Assembly (NCBI GenBank): GCA_035717905.1
Contig: DASTID010000192.1
Coordinates: 1-39,205, forward strand
Origin: Sphingomicrobium sp.
GTDB lineage: Bacteria > Pseudomonadota > Alphaproteobacteria > Sphingomonadales > Sphingomonadaceae
DNA: 39,205 nucleotides
Direction of reading: 5' to 3'
Positions 8,986-17,435 of this stretch are shown here, one piece after another (within the stretch, counting starts at the first letter, position 1; each line of letters opens with the position of its first letter). A program made the position numbers and the translations under genes. A model generated the notes under the pieces. That model saw only the letters and a program-made list of their open reading frames with translations, ran no database searches and had not been told where the DNA came from.

Positions 8986-9654
8986 ATGAGTATCTTTTCC
9001 CGAACGCGGGACATTTTCGCGGCGAACATCACCGAGATGCTCGACCGGTCGGAAGACCCGGCGAAGATGATCCGCATGGTCATCCTCGAGATGGAGGAGA
9101 CCCTGGTCGAGGTGCGCGCCAGCGCCGCGCGCTGCATCGCCGACGCCAAGGAGATGCGCCGCGCGCTGACGCGGCTCGACGAGCTTCAGACGAGCTGGAC
9201 CGAGAAAGCCGAGCTGGCCTTGTCGAAGGAGCGCGAGGACCTGGCGAAGGCTGCGCTGCTCGAGCGCCAGAAGGCGGCCGACATGGGCGGCGGCCTGCGC
9301 GAAGAGATCAAGGTCATCGACGATACGCTCAAGGGCTATGAGGCCGACATCGCCAAGCTCCAGGGCAAGCTGAGGGAAGCGCGCGCGCGCCAGAACGCGA
9401 TCGCGGCGCGGTTCGAAAGCGCCGTCACCCGCGCCCGCGCCCGCGAACTGCTCAACGGCAATCGCACAGAGGACGCCTTTTCGAAGTTCGAGCTGCTCGA
9501 GCGCCGCGCCGACTTCGCCGAAGGGCGCGCAGATGCGCTCGGAATGACGGGGCCGAAGAGCCTCGAGGAAGAAATCGCCGAGCTGAAGGCCGCCGAATCG
9601 GTCGATGCGGAGCTGGCGGCGATGAAGGCCGCGCTCAAAGCCAAGGGGAAATAA
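8986..9654 (+). CDS. pspA: Phage shock protein A
   Basis: MSIFSRTRDIFAANI..MLDRSEDPAKMIR; coiled coil; EDLAKAAL. Confidence 0.96.
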   Translation: MSIFSRTRDIFAANITEMLDRSEDPAKMIRMVILEMEETLVEVRASAARCIADAKEMRRALTRLDELQTSWTEKAELALSKEREDLAKAALLERQKAADMGGGLREEIKVIDDTLKGYEADIAKLQGKLREARARQNAIAARFESAVTRARARELLNGNRTEDAFSKFELLERRADFAEGRADALGMTGPKSLEEEIAELKAAESVDAELAAMKAALKAKGK

Positions 9655-9660
9655 GGGTCC

Positions 9661-9933
9661 ATGGAAGATATTCTGATTCCGGCCATCGCGATCACCGCGA
9701 TCTTCATCGGCCTGCCGTGGCTGATCTTCCACTACATGACCAAGTGGAAGACCGCGAAGACGCTGACCAACGAGGACGAGAAGCTGCTCGACGAGCTGCA
9801 CGACGTCGCCCGGCGGCTCGACGACCGGCTGTGCACGATCGAGCGGATCATGACCGCCGAGAACCCGAACTGGCGGCAGCAGTGCCTGCCGGGCCGCGAC
9901 CTCAACCAGCGCCTGCTCGCCGACGGGGAATAA
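9661..9933 (+). CDS. pspB: Phage shock protein B
   Basis: Single TM with PWLIFHY, then RL.TIERI..AENPNWR. Confidence 0.93.
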   Translation: MEDILIPAIAITAIFIGLPWLIFHYMTKWKTAKTLTNEDEKLLDELHDVARRLDDRLCTIERIMTAENPNWRQQCLPGRDLNQRLLADGE

Positions 9934-9934
9934 G

Positions 9935-10402
9935 ATGGCCTACGACCGCTACCGATCGCTGATACGCGGCTATTCGGAATCCCCTCCCGGTCATCGCCCG
10001 GACGACCGCTACCTCTCCGAGCAGCCGGCGAGCCGCACGCGCTTCTATCGCGACAAGCGCAACGGCAAATTGTTCGGCGTGTGTGCCGGAATCGCCGATT
10101 ACACCGGGTTCGACGTCGCGCTCGTCCGCGTCGGCTTCCTCGCCGCGATCTTCATGAGCGGCGGCTCGGTGCTCCCCTTCTATTTCATCGCGGCGATGGT
10201 CACGCCGACGAGGCCGCGCGAATTCGAGTTGCGCGACGGCGAAGAGCAACGGTTCTGGCAGGGCGTGCGCGCCTCGCCGGCGCGCGCGACGCGCGACATC
10301 CGCTCGCGGCTGAAGGACATCGACCGACGCCTGGCCGACATCGAAAGCTATGTGACGACCGAAAACCGCAGCCTCGCGCGCGAAATCGAGCAGCTTCGAT
10401 AA
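9935..10402 (+). CDS. pspC: Phage shock protein C
   Basis: FYRDKRNGKLFGVCAGIADY PspC domain; C-terminal IESYVT coil; ca. 27-aa N-terminal extension. Confidence 0.92.
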   Translation: MAYDRYRSLIRGYSESPPGHRPDDRYLSEQPASRTRFYRDKRNGKLFGVCAGIADYTGFDVALVRVGFLAAIFMSGGSVLPFYFIAAMVTPTRPREFELRDGEEQRFWQGVRASPARATRDIRSRLKDIDRRLADIESYVTTENRSLAREIEQLR

Positions 10403-10428
10403 ATCACGAAACTAGGGGGAATGCCCGA

Positions 10429-10773
10429 ATGGATCCGGAAGTCGCGCAAGTCTTCAATTTTGTAGGCAACGTCCTGCCGTACGTCGCGCTCATCGTTGTC
10501 GTCTCGGTCGCCGGAGCGTTGTTGAACAACTGGCTGAAGATCAAGAATGGCTATCCGCTCGCCACGTCGTGGGGGACGCCGCTCCATCCGAGGACCGACA
10601 ATGAGGCCGCCGAGCGGATCAAGCTGCTGACGAACGAGAACGCGCAGCTGCGCGCCGAGCTCGGCTCGATCAAGGACAGGCTGGAGAATGTCGAGCGGAT
10701 CGTCACCGACCAGCCGTTGAAACTTGCCCGTGAAATCGAGTCTCTGGGGCTTGATAAGACGGGCCACGCATAA
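10429..10773 (+). CDS. Psp-associated single-TM coiled-coil protein (PspB/PspC-tail-like), 114 aa
   Basis: AGGGGGA RBS; TM, then KDRLENVERIVTD..KLAREIESL. Confidence 0.8.
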   Translation: MDPEVAQVFNFVGNVLPYVALIVVVSVAGALLNNWLKIKNGYPLATSWGTPLHPRTDNEAAERIKLLTNENAQLRAELGSIKDRLENVERIVTDQPLKLAREIESLGLDKTGHA

Positions 10774-10820
10774 CCACTTGCCAAAGCGCGACAGCGGGCT
10801 CGCGACGGAGAGAAAACCAG

Positions 10821-11066
10821 ATGAATCCTTTCGAGATGGTGGCGGTCATCGTGGTCGCCGTGATGATCGCCTCGGTGCTGCGCGCGCGCTACGGCTATCG
10901 CCGACACCGCGGCGGGGGCGAGATCGACCCTGCCGAGCGCGCGGAGACGATGCGGCTGCGCGACGAGGTCAAGGAGCTCAAGGACCGCATCAAGGTGCTC
11001 GAGCGGATCACGGTCGAGAAGGAAAACAGCCTCGCCAAACAGATCGAGGAACTGCGCGACCAGTAG
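10821..11066 (+). CDS. Psp-associated single-TM coiled-coil protein (PspB/PspC-tail-like), 81 aa
   Basis: GGAGAG RBS; TM, then KDRIKVLERITVE..SLAKQIEELR. Confidence 0.82.
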   Translation: MNPFEMVAVIVVAVMIASVLRARYGYRRHRGGGEIDPAERAETMRLRDEVKELKDRIKVLERITVEKENSLAKQIEELRDQ

Positions 11067-11101
11067 ATGACAGGCGCCGGGCGGCACCCTATCTGCCGGC
11101 C

Positions 11102-11518
11102 ATGGCCCTGCCTTCGCTCCACGAGACGCTCGACGACTATGAGCTGCTCGACGGCGAGGACCGCTACCGCCTGCTGATCGACCTCGGACGCCAGCTTGAG
11201 CCGATGCCCGACGCGCTCAAGACCGACGCGACCAAGGTGCGCGGCTGCTCGGCCTCGGTGTGGGTCTATCCGACCGCCAGCGAAGGCCGGCTGCATTTCC
11301 TCGCCGACAGCAACGCGGCGATCACCAAGGGCATCGTCGCACTGATCCTGTCGGCCGTCCAGGACAAGCCGGCGGCCGAAGTCGCGAACCTGGACGTCGC
11401 CGAAGCGCTCGCCCCGTTCGAGCTCAGGAAACATCTCAGCGCCAACCGCACCCAGGGCGTGCCGAACATGATCGCGCTGGTGAAGGCGACAGCCGAGCGA
11501 TATGCGGCTGCGGCCTAA
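11102..11518 (+). CDS. sufE: SufE-family sulfur acceptor protein
   Basis: RYRLLIDLG, KVRGCSASVW, ADSNAAITKG, LSANRTQG. Confidence 0.92.
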   Translation: MALPSLHETLDDYELLDGEDRYRLLIDLGRQLEPMPDALKTDATKVRGCSASVWVYPTASEGRLHFLADSNAAITKGIVALILSAVQDKPAAEVANLDVAEALAPFELRKHLSANRTQGVPNMIALVKATAERYAAAA

Positions 11519-12054
11519 GCTGTTTTCCCGTTCGTTCGCTCTTCGGCCCGTTTCAGCACGTCATAGGCCGCCTGGACCTGCTTGAAGCGCTTGGCAGCCT
11601 CGGCGTCGCCCGGGTTGGCATCGGGGTGGGTCTCTTTCACGAGCCGCCGGTGCGCGGCCTTGACCGCCTTGAAATCGGCGTCGCTGTCGAGCTCGAGCGC
11701 GTCCAGCGCGCGCATCTCGTCGCGACTGCGGCTTCCGTCGCCGGGGCCCGCCCATTGCCACTGCGCCGACTGGCGGAAGCCCTTGGCGCCCGCCTCCTCC
11801 GCGGCGGCGCGGCGCGCGGCTTCCTCGGGGCTCAGCCCGGCGAAATAATTCCAGTTCCGGTTGTATTCGGCGGCGTGCGCCTCGCAGAAATACCAGCGGT
11901 CGCGGCTATGCGGAGCCTTGGGCGCGGGCCGGTCGCCGATCGCGTTGCAGCCTTCGCGGTCGCACAGCCGGACCTTCGCGGCGTGCCGGCTCTTGTCGCC
12001 GTACGAGCGCCAGCGCGGGAATCCCCAGTCGTCCGATCTCTTCTGCTTGGCCAT
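11515..12054 (-). CDS. J-domain protein with N-terminal C-x4-C..C-x2-H motif
   Basis: C-terminal J domain with HPD (ETHPDANPGD); CDREGC...FCEAH. Confidence 0.9.
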   Translation of the reverse strand: MAKQKRSDDWGFPRWRSYGDKSRHAAKVRLCDREGCNAIGDRPAPKAPHSRDRWYFCEAHAAEYNRNWNYFAGLSPEEAARRAAAEEAGAKGFRQSAQWQWAGPGDGSRSRDEMRALDALELDSDADFKAVKAAHRRLVKETHPDANPGDAEAAKRFKQVQAAYDVLKRAEERTNGKTA

Positions 12055-12070
12055 CCGCGTCCTTCTAACG

Positions 12071-12158
12071 CGTCATTGCGAGGAGCGCAGCGACGAAGCA
12101 ATCCAGTCACCGTAATCTGGATTGCTTCCCCCGGCTCAAGGCCGGAGTCGCAATGACG
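12071..12158. repeat. REP/RPE-like palindromic element, family B
   Basis: CGTCATTGCGA / TCGCAATGACG ends; inner GAAGCAATCCAG / CTGGATTGCTTC stem. Confidence 0.85.
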
Positions 12159-12166
12159 AAAAATGC

Positions 12167-12590
12167 GCCAGAGGGCCTGTAAGCCGGGTTCTGTCCACCC
12201 CCGCGAAAGCGGGGGATGGGCGACCATTCCTCTAGGAGACGGGTCGCCCCGCCCCTCAAGCAACCAACCCGGGCGCCGGGCCGGAACAGGCCCATGCGGC
12301 GCCCCTATTCGGTCTTGCACCCGGTGGGGTTTACCGTGCCGGAGACGTTGCCGCCGCCGCGGTGCGCTCTTGCCGCACCCTTTCGCCCTTACCCCGCCGA
12401 AGCCGGGCGGTATGCTTTCTGTGGCACTGTCCCTCGATCCCCTCGCGGGAACCGGCCGGGCATTACCCGGCACCGTCGTTCCGTGGAGCCCGGACTTTCC
12501 TCCAGCCTTCGCCAAGGCTTCGGCTGGTAAACGCCAAGCGCTTGCCCGCCGTAGCTTCAGCGAAGGCGGGCGGCCGCCCGGCCCTCTGGC
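12167..12590 (-). ncRNA. rnpB: RNase P RNA, bacterial type A
   Basis: GAGGAAAGUCCGGGC, AGUGCCACAGAAA, GGUAAACCCC and ACAGAACCCGGCUUA landmarks; P1 GCCAGAGGGCC / GGCCCUCUGGC. Confidence 0.97.
12502..12570. repeat. Inverted pair of 26-bp REP-like units inside rnpB P3, family C
   Basis: 12502-12527 versus reverse complement of 12545-12570: 20/26 identical; each unit is itself palindromic. Confidence 0.7.
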
Positions 12591-12614
12591 GGGACGGCCT
12601 ATAGCGCGTGAAAC

Positions 12615-13835
12615 TCAGCGGGAGAAGACGGCGCCGTGCGGCTTGCCCTCACCGGTCCAGCCTTGGGGCCAAGTGCGTTGCGCGAAGCTGAAACCGACTT
12701 TCCCGTCCGTATCGCGGAACGTATCGTCAATCGTCAGCGCGCCAGTCGCGTCATCCAGCTTCAACAAATACAGCCGGTCGCCGGACTTTCCTGAGGTGAT
12801 GACGATCCGCTTCGTCTTGGGATCCCACGCGGTCCAGTGCGAATCATATTGATCGCTGATGACCAGGCGAGAGACCTCCCGCGCGTGCTCGCCGTCCGCG
12901 ATATCCAGGACGATGAATCCATGGATCGAAGGCACGCTTTGCACCAAATAATGACCAGCGATTGTCGGGACACCGCAGAAATTCCCCGGAAACTGGTGGA
13001 CCAGCTTGGCGGTCGGATGCGGGCCGTCCATCCCGGTCACGCGCTGGATCCCGCATGACAGGGTCTGGACGTAAGCCGCGCCATCGGGTCCGATCCGGGC
13101 TTCTTCGGGGGATATGTGGCCGTTGAGCCGCGGACCGGGATCAAAGCGGTAAGTTCCCAAGAGCTTGAGATCCGACAAGCGGAACATCTGGTAGGTGTCG
13201 CTTGTCAGCAGATATTCGTCGGCCATCGGCGAATTGGTGACCAGGACCCGGTTGATTCCCGGCATCACCACAAGGCTGTAGGGCAGCAAGCCTTCATCGG
13301 GGAAAGCTGGGTCGGCGTTGCCGGTCGCGCGGATGACCTTGCCGCTGTTGTCGATCTCGACCAGGCCGCCGCTCGTCCCGCTCATCGCCATCTGGCCGCC
13401 GTGATCCGCAAACTGGAAGGACGACAGGACGTGACCGTTGGGCAGCCTGAGAAAGCTGTGCGGCATCGAATAGCCACCCATGCTTCCAAAGGCGGCCGCG
13501 ACCTTCGGCTTCAGCGGATTCCTTAGATCGAAGATGACCGATTTGTTGGCGTCATGATCATTGGCGAACAGCATGCCGCTAGCCGGCATTTCATATTCGG
13601 TATGGTGGATTCGCACGCTTTTGATGTCGGTCGGCGCCGCGGTCAGCATTTTGCCATAGGTCGACGACGCCGGATCGGCGTCGATCACGATGAGGAAATC
13701 ATTGCCCTGCTTGGCCTGATCCCCGGTCCACACGAAAAGATAGTGGCCGGCGGAGGCCGTCTCGCTTCGCCCCGCTCCGGGAATGAGCGCAGCCAACGCG
13801 GCGATCGCCGCGATCGATCCTCGAAGCATAGCCAT
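12615..13835 (-). CDS. Exported beta-propeller protein, selenium-binding protein (SBP56) / methanethiol oxidase-like
   Basis: Signal peptide; DFLIVIDADP.S.TYGK, HHTEY, PHSF.RLPNG, C-terminal PHGAVF; G-rich RBS. Confidence 0.7.
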   Translation of the reverse strand: MAMLRGSIAAIAALAALIPGAGRSETASAGHYLFVWTGDQAKQGNDFLIVIDADPASSTYGKMLTAAPTDIKSVRIHHTEYEMPASGMLFANDHDANKSVIFDLRNPLKPKVAAAFGSMGGYSMPHSFLRLPNGHVLSSFQFADHGGQMAMSGTSGGLVEIDNSGKVIRATGNADPAFPDEGLLPYSLVVMPGINRVLVTNSPMADEYLLTSDTYQMFRLSDLKLLGTYRFDPGPRLNGHISPEEARIGPDGAAYVQTLSCGIQRVTGMDGPHPTAKLVHQFPGNFCGVPTIAGHYLVQSVPSIHGFIVLDIADGEHAREVSRLVISDQYDSHWTAWDPKTKRIVITSGKSGDRLYLLKLDDATGALTIDDTFRDTDGKVGFSFAQRTWPQGWTGEGKPHGAVFSR

Positions 13836-13877
13836 GTCCCCCCAACGCCGCACTCGATAACCGACGGGTCGGGACAA

Positions 13878-14558
13878 TTATTGCGGCCGCGGCAGTAAAA
13901 GCGCCAGCAATTTCGCGCGGCATTCGCCGTCGATGATCCCGTCAATCAGGTCGGGCCGGAAGCGGCGCTGGAAGGCGATCACGGCTTTCTGCTCGTCGGT
14001 CACGTCATAGCCGAAGCGCTCGAGCGCGAGGAGGAAGCCGGCGTCGGTCCAGAACGGGTCGATCAGCTCGCGGCTCGGGCTCGGCAGCGCGAGGCGGCGC
14101 TTGGCCAGCTCCCACCAGGGGAACAGCTCGCCCGGGTCCTCCTTGCGCGCCGGCGCGACGTCGGAATGGCCGACGACGTTGCCGCGGCCGATGCCGTGGC
14201 GTTCCTTGATGTCCGCGACCAGCGGGATCACCGACGCGATCTGCTCGTCCGGGAACGGGCGATAGCCGAACTCGTGACCGGGATTGACGATCTCGATCCC
14301 GACGCTCGCGGAATTGACGTCGGTCATCCCGCGCCAGCGCGCCTTGCCCGCGTGCCAGGCGCGCTTCGATTCATCGACCAGGCGGTAGATCGTTCCGTCC
14401 TCGTCGACGCAATAATGGGCCGAGACCTTGGCCTCGGGCGAGGTCAGGCGGCACAGCGCGCCCTCGCAATCGGGCATCCCGGTGTAGTGGATGACGATCA
14501 TCGACACCGGCAGCGCCCGCTCGTCGAAATTGGGCGAAGGGCGGTCGACGAAATCCAT
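13878..14558 (-). CDS. N-acetylmuramoyl-L-alanine amidase (Amidase_2, AmiD/AmpD-like) with C-terminal PG-binding region
   Basis: SPNFDER, IHYT, VSAHY, AWHAG, GIEIVN, GHSDVAP.RK.DPG, AFQRRFRP. Confidence 0.93.
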   Translation of the reverse strand: MDFVDRPSPNFDERALPVSMIVIHYTGMPDCEGALCRLTSPEAKVSAHYCVDEDGTIYRLVDESKRAWHAGKARWRGMTDVNSASVGIEIVNPGHEFGYRPFPDEQIASVIPLVADIKERHGIGRGNVVGHSDVAPARKEDPGELFPWWELAKRRLALPSPSRELIDPFWTDAGFLLALERFGYDVTDEQKAVIAFQRRFRPDLIDGIIDGECRAKLLALLLPRPQ

Positions 14559-14590
14559 GGCCGCTATGGCGCACCAGCTTTGGCGCGCGG

Positions 14591-15463
14591 TCAAGCCCCG
14601 GACGCGGCTCTCCGGTCTGCCTGGCGTTTCTCGACGCGGCTGCCGTCGCCCGCCAGCCGGTAGAGGCCGCGCGCGTTGATGTCCGCGCCGAGCTTGGTCG
14701 ATTGGCCGATCACGGTCTCGCCCGCGCCGAGCATCAGCCAGCCGTCCTCGGCCATCGACGCGACCAGCCGCTCGAACGCCAGCGCCTTCTTGTCGGGGCT
14801 CAGATAAAGCAGGACGTTGCGGCACAGCACGATATCGAAGCCGCCCGGGTGCGGCGGCGGCTCGAGCAGATTGTGGACCTGGAAACGCAATGGCTTGCGC
14901 AGCTCCTCGACCGCGCGCCAGCCGTCGGCGCACTCCTCGAACCATTTGATCATCTGGTTGATGCCGAGCCCGCGCTGCACCTCGAACTGGGAGTAGGTAC
15001 CGGCGCGCGAGCGATCGATGCACGACATCGACACGTCGCTGCCGAGGATGTCGATGGTCCAGCCGCGCCATTTGTCGGGCTCCTCGGCGAACAGCATCGA
15101 CAGCGAATAGGCCTCCTGCCCGGTCGAGCAGCCCGCCGACCAGATACGCAGCCGCTTGCTCTTGGCGCGGCGGGTCGCAAGCTCGGGCAGCGCATGGCGC
15201 GCGAGCAAATCGAACGGCGAGCGGTCGCGGAAGAAGTAGGTCTCGTTGTTGAGCAGCGCCTCGACGACGCGCTCCGACAGGCTCGGCTCCTTGCCCATGA
15301 CGAGGATCGTGATCAGCTCGTCGAGCGTGGCGATGCCGCGCTCGCGCAGCAGCGCCGAGAGTGCCGTCTCAATGCGCCAGCGGCGGCTCATCGTCAGCTG
15401 CTGGCCGGTGCGCGCCTCGAGCAGCCCGGCGAGGATCCGGCTCGAGCTGTCGCTTATTTGCAC
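14591..15463 (-). CDS. cheR: Chemotaxis methyltransferase CheR
   Basis: NETYFFRD, IWSAGCSTGQEAYS, FDIVLCRNVLLY. Confidence 0.95.
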   Translation of the reverse strand: MQISDSSSRILAGLLEARTGQQLTMSRRWRIETALSALLRERGIATLDELITILVMGKEPSLSERVVEALLNNETYFFRDRSPFDLLARHALPELATRRAKSKRLRIWSAGCSTGQEAYSLSMLFAEEPDKWRGWTIDILGSDVSMSCIDRSRAGTYSQFEVQRGLGINQMIKWFEECADGWRAVEELRKPLRFQVHNLLEPPPHPGGFDIVLCRNVLLYLSPDKKALAFERLVASMAEDGWLMLGAGETVIGQSTKLGADINARGLYRLAGDGSRVEKRQADRRAASGA

Positions 15464-16563
15464 GGCGGCGGCTCCTCGGTGCGCGAGGCGATCCGCCGGG
15501 CGATCTTGTCCGGCGGCAGGACCGCGCCGGCGAGGCCCGCCTCGAGCACCGCGCGGGGCATCCCCCAGACCGCCGAGCTGGCTTCGTCCTGCGCGAGGAT
15601 CGAGCCGCCGCTCGCGACGATCCGCGCCGCGCCGTCGACCCCGTCGCGGCCCATTCCGGTCAGGACGACGCCCAACGCTCCACGGCCGAACACCGCGGCG
15701 ACCGACGAGAGCATCGGGTCGAGCGAAGGCATGCAGCCGCTCGCGCTGCGGCCCTGGAGCAGGCGCACCACCGGCTCGTCGGCCGCCGTGTCGAGCGTCA
15801 GATGGGCGTCGCCTGGAGCAAGGATGATGCGGTCGGGCAGCAGCGCCATGCCGTCCTCGGCGACCAGCGCCTCGCGCCGCGCCGCGGCGCCAAGCTGACG
15901 CGCGAACACCGACATGAACGGCGCCGGCAAATGCTGAGTGACGAGGATCGGCACCCCGATGCGCTTGGGCAGCGTGTGGAACAGCACACCGAGCGCATGA
16001 ATGCCCCCGGTCGAGGCGCCGATCGCAAGCACGTCGATCGGATCGGTCGGCATCGGCCGCAGCGCCGGCGACGAGCCCAGGCTGCGCGCCTTGGCGATCT
16101 CCTGGTCAGCCGACGCGTAGCCGAGCGCCTTGAGCTTGCCGAGCAGGACTTCGGAAAAACGGCCGTTGAACCGCCCGGTGCCCGGCTTGGGCAGCGTGTC
16201 GGCCGCGCCGAGCGCGAGCGCCGCGACGGTTTCCTCGGCGCCTTCCTCGGCGAGCGAGGAGACGATCATGACTTTCGCGCCGGCGGCGGCGCGGATGATC
16301 TTGGGGATCGATTGCAGCCCGCCCGCGCCGGGCATCTCGAGGTCGAGGATGACGATATCGACGCGAACCTCGTTCAGCGCCTCGATCGCGTCCTCGGCGG
16401 TGCCGGCGACCGCCGCGATTTCAAACCCGCCGTCGCTCTCGATCATCCGCGACAGCACCGCGCGCGCGATCATCGAATCGTCGACGATCATCAGCTTGAT
16501 GCGGCGGCGAGTGGTTCGCGGGTCCTGGCAGCGGTCCCGCGATCTGGCGAGCGCCCGCTCCAC
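15454..16563 (-). CDS. cheB: Chemotaxis methylesterase CheB (REC + esterase)
   Basis: VDDS..LDLEMP REC domain; GASTGG, TQHLP, LTGMGRDG, WGMP. Confidence 0.95.
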   Translation of the reverse strand: MERALARSRDRCQDPRTTRRRIKLMIVDDSMIARAVLSRMIESDGGFEIAAVAGTAEDAIEALNEVRVDIVILDLEMPGAGGLQSIPKIIRAAAGAKVMIVSSLAEEGAEETVAALALGAADTLPKPGTGRFNGRFSEVLLGKLKALGYASADQEIAKARSLGSSPALRPMPTDPIDVLAIGASTGGIHALGVLFHTLPKRIGVPILVTQHLPAPFMSVFARQLGAAARREALVAEDGMALLPDRIILAPGDAHLTLDTAADEPVVRLLQGRSASGCMPSLDPMLSSVAAVFGRGALGVVLTGMGRDGVDGAARIVASGGSILAQDEASSAVWGMPRAVLEAGLAGAVLPPDKIARRIASRTEEPPPCK

Positions 16564-16571
16564 GGCCGGGC

Positions 16572-16937
16572 TCAGGCGACGCCGACGAGCTGCAGCTTGA
16601 TGTGAAGCGTTTCTCGGTCGAACGGCTTCATCACATATTCGTCGGCGCCGGCTTCGAGCGCGGCGCGAATATGCGCCATGTCGTTTTCGGTGGTGCAGAA
16701 CACGACCTTGGGCTGGTCGCTGTGCCCGCGCTGGCGAAGCAGCTTCAAAAATTCCATGCCGCTCATCACCGGCATGTTCCAGTCGAGCAGGACCACGTCC
16801 GGCATTTTGGATTCGCAGCGGGACAGCGCCTCCTGCCCGTCGCCGGCCTCTTCGACCTCGAATTCCAATGTCTCGAGGATATGCCGCGCAACCTTGCGGA
16901 TCACCTTCGAGTCATCGACGATCAAGCAGCTCTTCAT
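16572..16937 (-). CDS. cheY: CheY-like single-domain response regulator
   Basis: IVDDS, LLDWNMP, CTTE, KPF. Confidence 0.93.
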   Translation of the reverse strand: MKSCLIVDDSKVIRKVARHILETLEFEVEEAGDGQEALSRCESKMPDVVLLDWNMPVMSGMEFLKLLRQRGHSDQPKVVFCTTENDMAHIRAALEAGADEYVMKPFDRETLHIKLQLVGVA

Positions 16938-16994
16938 GAATGGCATCCCGCTTCGGTTGGCGCACTGTTTACGAGGCAAGGGTAAACGAAGCCC

Positions 16995-17435
16995 TTAAGC
17001 CGCCGCTTTCTCCGCGGCTCCGGCGATGACCGCCGCAATATCGATCAGCAGCAGCGGCCCGGCCTCGGTCTCGACCATGCCCTGCGCGACCCGCTCCCAG
17101 CCCGCGCCCATCGCGCCGCGCACCGGCGCCGGCTCGGACGCGGCTTCGACCACGTCTTCGACGAGGTCGACGATCAGCGCGTAATGATGACCGTCGTATT
17201 CGACCACGGCGGCCTCGCGGATGCCGTCGGAGCAGTCGGTCGTCCCCAGCTCGAGCGAGCGCATGCAGTCGATCACGGTCAGCACCCGGCTGCGCAGCGC
17301 CGACAGGCCGGCAACGTGCGGCGCGGCGCGCGGCACGGCGGTGAGAGCATCGAGCTCGACCACCGATTCGACCGCGGCGGCGGGCAGCGCGACCCGCTCG
17401 CCGGCGATCGTCACGACCAGCAGAAGCTCGTTCAT
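16995..17435 (-). CDS. cheW: Chemotaxis coupling protein CheW
   Basis: VPRAAPHVAGLSALRSRVLTVID; ATGA overlap with cheA. Confidence 0.92.
   Translation of the reverse strand: MNELLLVVTIAGERVALPAAAVESVVELDALTAVPRAAPHVAGLSALRSRVLTVIDCMRSLELGTTDCSDGIREAAVVEYDGHHYALIVDLVEDVVEAASEPAPVRGAMGAGWERVAQGMVETEAGPLLLIDIAAVIAGAAEKAAA

Noticed and set aside
12198-12216. rnpB 3' hairpin CCCGCTTTCGCGGG matching the family F repeat core
   Set aside because: The match is only 14 nt around a common stable loop; cannot be distinguished from chance
11832-12852. ORFs overlapping rnpB
   Set aside because: The region is the RNase P RNA gene plus repeats
16966-16998. CtrA-like site upstream of cheY
   Set aside because: Half-site spacing is off by one (TTAA-N8-TTTAC) and one half is the cheW stop codon
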